The notes under the pieces are model-generated. The model was not told where the DNA came from, ran no database searches, and saw only the letters and a list, made by a program, of their open reading frames with translations. 64,000 nt of DNA, taken from assembly GCA_963666515.2 (NCBI GenBank), contig OY762897.2:2272001-2336000 (forward strand), written 5' to 3'. Made by a program: the position numbers and the translations under genes. This document shows, piece by piece, positions 38,890-47,298 of the stretch; position 1 is the first letter of the stretch, and the number at the start of each line of letters is the position of its first letter. The DNA comes from Candidatus Binatia bacterium (GTDB taxonomy: Bacteria > Desulfobacterota > Binatia > UBA9968 > JAJDTQ01).

Positions 38890-39735
38890 ATGCAGATCCA
38901 GACACTCACGCTGTTGCATCCCGGCAATATGGGCGCCACCGTCGGCGCCGCGGTGAGCGGCGCCCGGGTGCTGTGGGTTTCGGACGGACGGAGTGAAGGG
39001 AGCCGGCGGAGGGCACGAGAGGCCGGACTGGTCGAAGTGGCGACGCTTGCGGAGGCCGTCGGTGAGAGTGACGCGGTCCTTTCCGTGTGCCCGCCCCACG
39101 CCGCCGAAGATGTGGCGCAAGACGTAGCCGACCTGGGGTTCACCGAGATCTACATCGACGCCAATGCCGTGTCCCGGGCCACCGCGCAACGCGTGAGTAC
39201 GGTTGTCGGCAAGGCCGGGGCCCATTTCGTGGACGGCGCCATCATCGGCCCGCCGGTGCGCAAGCCGGGCACCACGCGCCTCTACCTGTCGGGAACCGGA
39301 GGCGAGGCGGTGGCGAACCTGTTCTCTGGTGGCCTGCTCGACGCCAGGGTCATCCAAGGGGGGACCGGCGCTGCCTCCGCTCTCAAGATGGCCTACGCCG
39401 CCTGGACCAAGGGCAGCGACGCGCTGGTCCTGGCCATCCGTGCGCTGGCGGCCACGGAAGGCGTGGAGGAGGCGCTGCTCCAGGAGTGGGCGGGCTCGCA
39501 ACCCAACCTCGGCCGCAAGAGCGAACGCGCGGCCTCGGTAGCAGCGCCCAAGGGTTGGCGCTACGTGGGCGAGATGGAAGAGATCGCCGCCAGCTTCGAG
39601 TCCGCGGGGCTTCCCGCAGGCTTCCACAAGGCCGCCGCCGACCTCTACCGGCGGCTGGCGCCGTTCAAGGACCGCACGGACCCCGGACCCGAGGTCAAGG
39701 AAGTGCTCGACGTGCTCGCTACGAAGAGACGGTAA
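38890..39735 (+). CDS. NAD(P)-dependent oxidoreductase (beta-hydroxyacid dehydrogenase-like, DUF1932)
   Basis: HPGNMG, SVCPP, DANAVS, VDGAIIGPP, ASALKM, RYVGEMEEIA. Confidence 0.85.
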   Translation: MQIQTLTLLHPGNMGATVGAAVSGARVLWVSDGRSEGSRRRAREAGLVEVATLAEAVGESDAVLSVCPPHAAEDVAQDVADLGFTEIYIDANAVSRATAQRVSTVVGKAGAHFVDGAIIGPPVRKPGTTRLYLSGTGGEAVANLFSGGLLDARVIQGGTGAASALKMAYAAWTKGSDALVLAIRALAATEGVEEALLQEWAGSQPNLGRKSERAASVAAPKGWRYVGEMEEIAASFESAGLPAGFHKAAADLYRRLAPFKDRTDPGPEVKEVLDVLATKRR

Positions 39736-39773
39736 ACGTCAGCCGGCCGTCACAGTTTATCCGGGAGGTTCCC

Positions 39774-40190
39774 TCACAATCTGAGCAGCGGACGGTCCGG
39801 CGATTCAGGCCGCGGCCCGAGCGTCTGGCGCACGCAGTCAGCCACCAGATCCAGCCGTTCCATGACGATTTGGCCGACCAAAGCATCAGCCCCGGCCGGC
39901 ACGACGACGCACTCGGTGGACGTCCAGCGGTCGCCGATGCGGACCGTCAGCGGGCCGGCGATGGGCCGTTGACGCTGCTGTCCGTCAGCGTAGGTGAACG
40001 CGGCGCTGCCCACGACCCTGATGCCGAGCCGGTTCACCGTGTCCTCAGGCAGCGCCAGCATCACCGCGCCCGTATCCGCGACGGCGCGGACGGTAACCCG
40101 CCGGATGTCTTCCTCCCTGCGATGCCCTTCCTCAAACAGCGCACGGTCTCGCGGGTTCTCCAACTCTATGTCCACGACGATTTCACCCAT
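39774..40190 (-). CDS. clan AA (retropepsin-like) aspartic protease, single domain
   Basis: ADTGA catalytic motif; ALVGQIVMERLDL C-terminal motif. Confidence 0.82.
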   Translation of the reverse strand: MGEIVVDIELENPRDRALFEEGHRREEDIRRVTVRAVADTGAVMLALPEDTVNRLGIRVVGSAAFTYADGQQRQRPIAGPLTVRIGDRWTSTECVVVPAGADALVGQIVMERLDLVADCVRQTLGPRPESPDRPLLRL

Positions 40191-40351
40191 CGCGCTCCCC
40201 TTCTCCATGCAGTAGCCATCCACGCCCCGACAAGGATACCGCATCATGGGCGGAACCCCAAGCTGCGGTCTCGTCTCATGACCATATGCCCGCAAGATCC
40301 ATGCCAATGCGGACGCGGGCGCCGGCGCAGAGTGGTCGAGCCCGGCCGCCC

Positions 40352-41185
40352 TCAGAGGACCGACTCCGCGGAGAGCGGCTTGGGCCTCCCGTGGTACCAC
40401 TCGAACCAGTCCTCGCCGTCCCGGGGACAGGCCGACAGCATCGCCTCCATGGTCACGGGTACGATATCACCCTCGCGGATCTCCCGCAGTCGTGACGCCG
40501 GCATCGGGTTGCCGTACTGCGCGTTCCTCATCTCCAGCCGGATCGCGCCCATCTCCGCGATGATCCCCGCGGCGGTCTCGACGTCTTCGGGCCCGCGGAT
40601 CAGCCGGTACAGGTCGTCCCGCCCTTCCGAGGCGCCGTGCTCGATCTCGTCCCGCAGGATGATCTTCGATGCGCGCGAGAGGGCCTCCTCGTAGTCGCCG
40701 CCCCGGAGCGGGATCATGCCGTAGAACAGCGAACCGCCGCCGCCACGGGTGAACAGCGCCGCGGCCAGATCCAGTTCCGACCCGCCCGCCTTCAGCTCCG
40801 CCCACCGCCGGTGCTCCCGGCGCGACAGCTCGTACCACGATGCCTGCTGCGCGGTCTCCCGGAGTTCGCGCCACTGCACCCGCTCGCCGCTGATGCCCTC
40901 GTAGATGTAGGCCAGCATGCCGTAGTGGCGGACCTCCTGGTAGTCCTCGGTGAGTTGGTCCACCAGCGTTTCGCGGGACACGGACCGGTCCACCTGCTCC
41001 ACCAGCTCGCAGCGCTGGTGGGAGGCGATCTCCTCCAGGTTCCGGGCCTCCCGCGCCACCTGGAAACGCAGCCAGTCCAGGTGCTGCGGAAGCGGCCGTT
41101 TCTCCTCGAAGAAACGTTGCGCCACCTCGGCCTCGCCGGCGCGGTACTTGCCGACGATCTCCTCGATTTCGGGTATCGGCGTCAT
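40352..41185 (-). CDS. ferritin-like fold hypothetical protein
   Basis: Two ExxH motifs (QEVRH, DEIEH) in a helical protein. Confidence 0.6.
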   Translation of the reverse strand: MTPIPEIEEIVGKYRAGEAEVAQRFFEEKRPLPQHLDWLRFQVAREARNLEEIASHQRCELVEQVDRSVSRETLVDQLTEDYQEVRHYGMLAYIYEGISGERVQWRELRETAQQASWYELSRREHRRWAELKAGGSELDLAAALFTRGGGGSLFYGMIPLRGGDYEEALSRASKIILRDEIEHGASEGRDDLYRLIRGPEDVETAAGIIAEMGAIRLEMRNAQYGNPMPASRLREIREGDIVPVTMEAMLSACPRDGEDWFEWYHGRPKPLSAESVL

Positions 41186-41306
41186 GGTCTCGACTCCACA
41201 CGGAGGATGGACATGCTTGTCGGGACGCTAACACCGGGCAGGGAGCCTGTCAAAGCTCCCGGCCGGCCGGTGGTGGGTGCGTCGCCGACGGGGTATGATG
41301 ACCGCC

Positions 41307-42026
41307 ATGTCCACGGCGAAGGGAACCGCGCTCGTTACCGGCGGAGCCAGGCGCATCGGCGCCGCGGTGGCGCGGGCGCTGGCGCAGCACGGCTACGGTG
41401 TCGCGCTCCACTATCTCGACTCTGCGGAAGCGGCCGAACGCACCGCGAGGGAGATCGAAGGGATGGGCCGCCGGTGCCGGCTGTTCCGCTGCGACCTGAA
41501 CGACCACGACGAGACCGCGGCGCTGATCCCCAGGGTGCGGGAGCACTTCACCGACCTGACCGTCCTGGTCAACAACGCCTCGGTCTTCGAGCGCGGCACG
41601 CTTCGGGAAACCGGCCGCGGCCTTTTCGAGCGCCATTTCAACGTCAACTTCAAGGCGCCCTTCTTTCTCACCCAGGCGTTCGCCGAGGGCTGCGCCCGGG
41701 GCCAGGTCATCAACCTCCTCGATACCCGCGTGAGCCGCACCGACCCCCATCACGCCGCCTACACGCTGTCGAAGAAGGCGCTGCTGGAGCTTACGCGGAT
41801 GGCGGCCCGCGAGCTCGGCCCCGCCATCCGGGTGAACGGGGTTTCCCCGGGCATGATACTGCCCCCGCCGGGCGGAGTGGTGGACGACCTGGAGCGGCGG
41901 AGCGCCGCCCTGCCCTTGAAACGCATCGGCGACACGGATAACTTGGTCGCCGCGGTGCTGTTCCTGCTGGACAACCCCTTCGTCACGGGCGAATGCATCT
42001 ACGTCGACGGCGGGGAGCATCTGTAG
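41307..42026 (+). CDS. pteridine reductase-like SDR (FolM/PTR1-type)
   Basis: TGGARRIG (Arg typical of pteridine reductases), NNAS, YTLSK; precedes folB/folK-like genes. Confidence 0.82.
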   Translation: MSTAKGTALVTGGARRIGAAVARALAQHGYGVALHYLDSAEAAERTAREIEGMGRRCRLFRCDLNDHDETAALIPRVREHFTDLTVLVNNASVFERGTLRETGRGLFERHFNVNFKAPFFLTQAFAEGCARGQVINLLDTRVSRTDPHHAAYTLSKKALLELTRMAARELGPAIRVNGVSPGMILPPPGGVVDDLERRSAALPLKRIGDTDNLVAAVLFLLDNPFVTGECIYVDGGEHL

Positions 42027-42084
42027 CGCGGCCCGTCCGAGTCATCGGATCGTAGCCCCCATGTCGGGTTGGCGACCACGTCCC

Positions 42085-42474
42085 ATGATCCAGAAGAATC
42101 CGGTCAAGATCACCATCGAGAACCTGCGGCTCCGCACCATCATCGGCATCAATGACTGGGAGCGCGAGACGAAGCAGGACGTGGTCGTCAACGTGGAACT
42201 GGAGCTGGCGCCAGACACGGTCTTCACCCGCGACGCCATCGACGAGACCGTGGACTACAAGCGCCTCAACAAGCGGATCATCGCCGAGGTGGAGCGGTCG
42301 TCGTTCTTTCTCATCGAAAGGCTCTGCGAGCACCTGCTGGAGCTGGTGATGGACGACGAGCGCGTGAAGCGCGCCCGGGTCCGGGTGGCCAAGCCGGCGG
42401 CGCTCCGCTTCACCGACTCCGTGTCCGTGGAATGCTCGGCGGAGAGGACGGGGACGGGAGCGGGCGAAGCATGA
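42085..42474 (+). CDS. dihydroneopterin aldolase/epimerase (FolB/FolX family)
   Basis: IIGINDWER..KQ, DYK, FLIE, KPAALRF motifs. Confidence 0.85.
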   Translation: MIQKNPVKITIENLRLRTIIGINDWERETKQDVVVNVELELAPDTVFTRDAIDETVDYKRLNKRIIAEVERSSFFLIERLCEHLLELVMDDERVKRARVRVAKPAALRFTDSVSVECSAERTGTGAGEA

Positions 42475-42857
42475 ACCTGGCGGTGATCGGCGTCGGCTCC
42501 AACATCGAGCCTGCGGTCAACGTTCCCAGGGCGCGGGAGCGGATCGCCGAACGGCACGTGATCCTCGCCGAGTCGCCGCTGGTGGAGACGGCGCCCGTCG
42601 GCTACGTCCACCAGCCCGATTTCACCAACGGCGCCCTGCTGGTGAAGACCCGCGTGGACTGCGAGCGGCTGAGAGCGGACCTCAAGGCCATCGAGGTCCT
42701 GCTCGGACGGGAGCCCGGCAAGGACCGCTACGGACCCCGGACCATCGATCTCGACATCGTCGTGTGGAACGGCGAGGTCATCGACCGCGACCTCTACACC
42801 CGGGACTACCTCCGCGACGCCGTGCTGGCGGTCCTGCCCGACCTGGACCTGCCGTGA
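42471..42857 (+). CDS. folK: 2-amino-4-hydroxy-6-hydroxymethyldihydropteridine diphosphokinase
   Basis: GVGSN, QPDFTNG, GPRTIDLDI. Confidence 0.9.
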   Translation: MNLAVIGVGSNIEPAVNVPRARERIAERHVILAESPLVETAPVGYVHQPDFTNGALLVKTRVDCERLRADLKAIEVLLGREPGKDRYGPRTIDLDIVVWNGEVIDRDLYTRDYLRDAVLAVLPDLDLP

Positions 42858-43849
42858 GTCCACGCCGGAATGCGCGGCCGATGCGCCCGACCTGCGCGGC
42901 GGCTTGCGCGCTGCTGGCGCTGTTCGCAATGGCCGGCAACGGGTTCGCCGGACGAATCGAGGTCAAGGCGGTCCCGGTGGCGCTGGATACCGAAAGGCCG
43001 GGCGTCCGGGTATTCGGCCGGCTCGTGTTCATGAGCGGCTTCGAGCTGGTGTCGGATCACCGGAGTTTCGGCGGGCTCTCGGGCCTGGAGGTCAACGCGG
43101 ACGGCCGGCGGCTCCGGGCCGTCTCGGACCGGGGCGCCTGGATCACCGCGGACCTCACCCACGACCTGGACGGGCGCCTCGTCGCCGCAGACTCCTGGCG
43201 CCACGCGCCCATGCTGACGCCCGCGGGCAAGCCGGTCCGGGGCCGCCTGCGCGACGCCGAAGGGCTGACGCGCGCCGGCGACGGCTCGTTCCTGGTCTCG
43301 TTCGAGCGGCGCCACCGGGTCTGGCGGTATCCGGCGGCCCTCGACGCGCCGCCCCGTCCGGTGAAGACGCCTCGCGCCCTGGACGGAGCGCCCGTCAACG
43401 GAGGGCTCGAAGGCATCACCGTGCTGTCCGACGGCACGCTCCTGGGCGTGACCGAACGGCACGCCAACGGAGACGGCAGCCTCAAGGGCTGGCTCATGCG
43501 GAACGGCACGGCCCGGGAGATCGCCTACCTGCCGGCGGACGGCCTCCGCCCCACGGGTCTCGCCGCCCTGCCCGGCGGCGACGTGCTGCTGCTCGAACGG
43601 CGCCTGACGGTGACGGGAATACGCGTCCGCATCGTCCGCCTGGCGCGGGGAAGCCTGCGCGCCGGCACCCCGTTGCGCGGACAACCCGTGGCGGAACTGA
43701 AGCATCCGCTGCCGGTGGACAACTTCGAGGGGCTCGCGCTCCGGCGCGACCGTGCGGGACGGACGCTGCTGTACCTGGTGTCCGACGACAACTTCATGCC
43801 GTTTCAGAGGACGCTGCTGTTCCAGTTCCGGATGATGGACGATCCGTGA
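42854..43849 (+). CDS. esterase-like activity of phytase family protein (beta-propeller)
   Basis: Signal peptide; FGGLSGL, SDRG, DAEG, NGGLEG, DNFEG, VSDDNF; start 42854 or 42881. Confidence 0.82.
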   Translation: MSPRRNARPMRPTCAAACALLALFAMAGNGFAGRIEVKAVPVALDTERPGVRVFGRLVFMSGFELVSDHRSFGGLSGLEVNADGRRLRAVSDRGAWITADLTHDLDGRLVAADSWRHAPMLTPAGKPVRGRLRDAEGLTRAGDGSFLVSFERRHRVWRYPAALDAPPRPVKTPRALDGAPVNGGLEGITVLSDGTLLGVTERHANGDGSLKGWLMRNGTAREIAYLPADGLRPTGLAALPGGDVLLLERRLTVTGIRVRIVRLARGSLRAGTPLRGQPVAELKHPLPVDNFEGLALRRDRAGRTLLYLVSDDNFMPFQRTLLFQFRMMDDP

Positions 43850-43932
43850 ATCCGGGTCCGGTGTCCTGTCCCATAAGCACGTGTGCTAAGATGCGCAGGA
43901 TGGTCCGGTCGTGCATCCATTGAGGGGGAACC

Positions 43933-44976
43933 ATGAGCCTTCAACTGCTTGAACAGAAACCGCTCGAGAACCTGAGCCTGGACGAGCTTCGCGCGCTGTT
44001 CCACCAGCGGGTCCGGCCGGAGGCCATCGAGCACGTCATGGGCGCGGCGGAGAGCGAGTCCACCCTGAAGCGGAACCGCACCGCGCTGGACCGGCTGCTC
44101 TTCCGCCAGCGCATCTTCCACGACGTCACCGACCCGGACACCTCCATCGAGCTGTTCGGCCACCGCCTGCCGTCGCCGGCGCTGATCGGCCCGGTGGGCA
44201 GCTTCCGTATCCTGCGCAAGAACGGCGAGCACGAGGTGGCGGAAGGCGGCAGCCTGTTCGGCACCATGGTGTTCATCAGCGGCGCCACCGCGTCCACCGT
44301 GGACCAGTGGGCGGAAGGAATATCCTCGCCGCTGGTGTACATGGCCTATCTCAGCAAGGGACGGGACAAGGTGCTGGCCGCGGTGCGCCGGGCGGACGAG
44401 ATCGGCTACGCCGCGGTCGGCCTCACCATGGACACGCTGCAGCCCACGAAGCTCAGGGACCGGGTGCCGCTGTCCTCGGACGGCAAGCCCCGCACCGTCC
44501 ACCTGTCGTCGCCGGACGACGTGACGTGGCTCAAGAAAGAGGTGTCCGTCCCCGTCGTGGTGAAGGGGATCATGAACCCCGACGATGCACGCATCGCCAT
44601 CGACGCCGGCGCGGACTGCCTGGTGGTCTCCAACCACGGCGGCCGCATCCTCGACTTCAACCGCGCCGCCATCGAGGTGCTGCCGGAGATCGTGGACGCG
44701 GCCGACAACCGGGTGCCGGTGCTGCTGGACAGCGGCGCCCGCAGGGGCGGCGACATCGCCAAGGCCCTGGCCCTGGGCGCCAGCGCGGTGCTGCTGGGAA
44801 GGCCCATCTGCTGGGGCCTCGGCGCCGCGGGGCCGGAGGGCGTGGCCCGGGTGCTTTCCATCTTCACGGACGAGCTGAAGCGGGTGATGATCATGACCGG
44901 CACCCCGGCCATCGCGGACATTACGCCATCGCTTCTCAGCCTGGACCCGAACAACGTCTGGTTCCGCGGCCTGTAG
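43933..44976 (+). CDS. FMN-dependent alpha-hydroxy acid oxidase/dehydrogenase
   Basis: VVKGI, SNHGGR, DSGARRGGDIAKALALGA, GRP. Confidence 0.9.
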   Translation: MSLQLLEQKPLENLSLDELRALFHQRVRPEAIEHVMGAAESESTLKRNRTALDRLLFRQRIFHDVTDPDTSIELFGHRLPSPALIGPVGSFRILRKNGEHEVAEGGSLFGTMVFISGATASTVDQWAEGISSPLVYMAYLSKGRDKVLAAVRRADEIGYAAVGLTMDTLQPTKLRDRVPLSSDGKPRTVHLSSPDDVTWLKKEVSVPVVVKGIMNPDDARIAIDAGADCLVVSNHGGRILDFNRAAIEVLPEIVDAADNRVPVLLDSGARRGGDIAKALALGASAVLLGRPICWGLGAAGPEGVARVLSIFTDELKRVMIMTGTPAIADITPSLLSLDPNNVWFRGL

Positions 44977-45004
44977 GCCGACGGGCTGCACGAGAGGATA
45001 TCCC

Positions 45005-45469
45005 ATGAGCGCGGAAGATCGTCTGAAAGAATTGAACCTGAGCCTGCCGCCCGTGCCCAGGCCCATGGCCAACTACGTCAGCGCCGTGAGGACGGGCTCG
45101 CTGCTGTATCTTGCCGGCCACGGCCCGCTGGGCGACGACGGCAAACCCGTCTCGCGCGGCAAGCTCGGCCGCGACCTGACCGTGGACGAAGGCTACCAGG
45201 CGGCGCGCCAGACGGCGCTGAACACGCTGGTCACCCTGAGAGCGGAACTCGGCAGCCTCGACCGCGTCCGCCGCATCGTCAAGGTGCTGGGCATGGTCAA
45301 CGCCGACCCGGACTTCCAGAAGACGCCGCAGGTCATCAACGGCTTCTCGGACCTGATGGTGGAGGTGTTCGGCGAGAGCGTGGGCAAGCACGCGCGCTCC
45401 GCGGTGGGCATGGCGACGCTGCCCAACGCGATCCCGGTGGAAATCGAGTCCATCTACGAGGTGGAATGA
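45005..45469 (+). CDS. RidA/YjgF family protein
   Basis: ANYV, AGHGP, INGFSDL, HARSAVG, LP..IPVEIE. Confidence 0.9.
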   Translation: MSAEDRLKELNLSLPPVPRPMANYVSAVRTGSLLYLAGHGPLGDDGKPVSRGKLGRDLTVDEGYQAARQTALNTLVTLRAELGSLDRVRRIVKVLGMVNADPDFQKTPQVINGFSDLMVEVFGESVGKHARSAVGMATLPNAIPVEIESIYEVE

Positions 45470-45545
45470 CGGCCGCCGGGCGCGTTGCCCTTTCCTCGTG
45501 TGGCGCCCGCGGGCGGGCGGTTTCGGAACCCGCCCGGCGACTCAA

Positions 45546-45580
45546 TCGACGGAATCGTCGAAGGCGTTCGACCGTTTTGA
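45546..45580 (+). promoter_or_regulatory. putative upstream activator (enhancer) sites
   Basis: Palindrome TCGACG-gaat-CGTCGA followed by a degenerate second copy, about 70-100 bp upstream of the sigma-54 motif. Confidence 0.45.
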
Positions 45581-45647
45581 CGTGCCCACCCCGCCCGGGA
45601 CCCCGGCAACTCCCTGAAAACATGGCTCTTTCGAAAGCCCCAGACGC

Positions 45648-45663
45648 TGGCACGAAAGGTGCT
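45648..45663 (+). promoter_or_regulatory. sigma-54 (-24/-12) promoter of degQ
   Basis: TGGCAC-GAAAG-GTGCT with correctly spaced GG and GC. Confidence 0.72.
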
Positions 45664-45699
45664 CACCAAGGGTCACAGATTCTTTAAGGAGGTGGCTCC

Positions 45700-47175
45700 A
45701 TGCCCTCGAAGCAAGTCCGTTCCACGTCCATGAAGGCGCTGGGCGTCTGCGCCCTGCTGCTCGCCGTGTTCGCCCTCTACTCGGGCTTCGATCGGCAGCC
45801 TCTCAACGCGTCCACCAAACCCGCCGCCGACCAACGGCCGGTGCGGGGAATCGTCGACCTGGTCAAGGCCGTGAGCCCGGCGGTGGTCAACGTCACCACC
45901 AAGGGGGAGACCCTGCCGGCGGCGTGGTCCCGGCGGTTCGGCCACTCCCTGCCCGAGGAATGGCGCAAGTTCTTCGAAGACTCCCCTTTCTCCATCCCCA
46001 ACCCCTTCAACATGCCGGGCAGGCCCGGCACGCCGCGCAGGACCCAGGCATACGGCTCCGGCGTCATCATCGACTCCAAGGGCCTGATCCTGACCAACCA
46101 CCACGTGGTGGCGGGCGGCAAGAACGCCATCATCACCGTCACCCTCTCGGACGAGAACGAGTTCGAGGGGAAGGTCGTGGGCATGGACGAGAAGACCGAC
46201 CTGGCGTTGATCCGGATCGACGCCGGCTACCCCCTGCCCACCGCGCCTTTGGGCGACTCGGACAAGCTGGAGATCGGTGAAGGCGTGCTGGCCATCGGCA
46301 ACCCGTTCGGCCTCGACCGTACGGTCACCTCCGGGATCGTCAGCGCCAAGGGGCGCCGAATCGGCGCCGGGCCGTACGACAACTTCATCCAGACCGACGC
46401 CTCCATCAACCCGGGCAATTCCGGCGGACCGCTCATCAACCACCGCGGCGAAGTGGTGGGAGTGAACACCGCCATCTACAGCCGGGGCGGCGGCAACGTG
46501 GGCATCGGCTTCGCCATCCCCATCAACCTGGTCAAGGAGCTGCTGCCGCAACTGCGGAACGACGGCCAGGTCACGCGCGGCTGGCTGGGGGTGGCCTTCC
46601 AGAAGATGACCCCGCTGCTGGCGGAGTCCCTGAAGGTGGGCGAGCCGCGCGGGGCGCTGGTGGCCCAGGTCTTGCCCGACACTCCGGCCCAGGAGGGAGG
46701 GATCAAGGCGGGAGACGTCATCGTCGAGTTCGACGGGATTCCCATCGAGGCGACCGGGAACCTGCCGATGATCGTGGCCCGCACCCCGGTGGGCAAGGAG
46801 GTGGGCGTCAAGGTTTTGCGCGACGGTGGTGAACGGACGCTGACGGTACGGATCGGAAAGCTCGCCGAGAAGTCCGCGGCGGTTGCGGAACAGGGATCGG
46901 ACCTCGGGCTCACCGTAAGCGAGATCACCCCGGCTACGGCCAAGAAACTCTCCCTGAAGCAGGAGAAAGGCGTCGTGGTCACCGCGGTGAAGCCGGGGAG
47001 CCCGGCGGACGAGGCCGGGCTGCGCCAGGGAGACGTGATCCTGGAGGTCAACCGGATTCCGGTCACGACGCTGGCCGCCTACAACGAGGCGCTCGGCCAG
47101 GCGGAAGAGGGCCGGAACGCGCTGTTCCTGGTACAGCGGGGCGAGATGCGGCGGTTCTTCGTCGCGAAGAGCTGA
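45700..47175 (+). CDS. HtrA/DegQ serine endoprotease with two PDZ domains
   Basis: TNHHV, TDLAL, GNSGGPL catalytic triad motifs; two PDZ; AAGGAGG RBS. Confidence 0.95.
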   Translation: MPSKQVRSTSMKALGVCALLLAVFALYSGFDRQPLNASTKPAADQRPVRGIVDLVKAVSPAVVNVTTKGETLPAAWSRRFGHSLPEEWRKFFEDSPFSIPNPFNMPGRPGTPRRTQAYGSGVIIDSKGLILTNHHVVAGGKNAIITVTLSDENEFEGKVVGMDEKTDLALIRIDAGYPLPTAPLGDSDKLEIGEGVLAIGNPFGLDRTVTSGIVSAKGRRIGAGPYDNFIQTDASINPGNSGGPLINHRGEVVGVNTAIYSRGGGNVGIGFAIPINLVKELLPQLRNDGQVTRGWLGVAFQKMTPLLAESLKVGEPRGALVAQVLPDTPAQEGGIKAGDVIVEFDGIPIEATGNLPMIVARTPVGKEVGVKVLRDGGERTLTVRIGKLAEKSAAVAEQGSDLGLTVSEITPATAKKLSLKQEKGVVVTAVKPGSPADEAGLRQGDVILEVNRIPVTTLAAYNEALGQAEEGRNALFLVQRGEMRRFFVAKS

Positions 47176-47212
47176 GCGCATGAGGACGGCGACCGGGAGC
47201 CGTTGCGAATTC

Positions 47213-47240
47213 TTGCCAAGTTCAAGGCCGTTTGTATAAT
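47213..47240 (+). promoter_or_regulatory. sigma-70 promoter of two-component operon
   Basis: TTGCCA-16 bp-TATAAT. Confidence 0.65.
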
Positions 47241-47298
47241 GGGATGACGGGCTGCGGCCCGTCGTAGCCCGCGGTCTCGAAACCGGCCAAGAATCATC

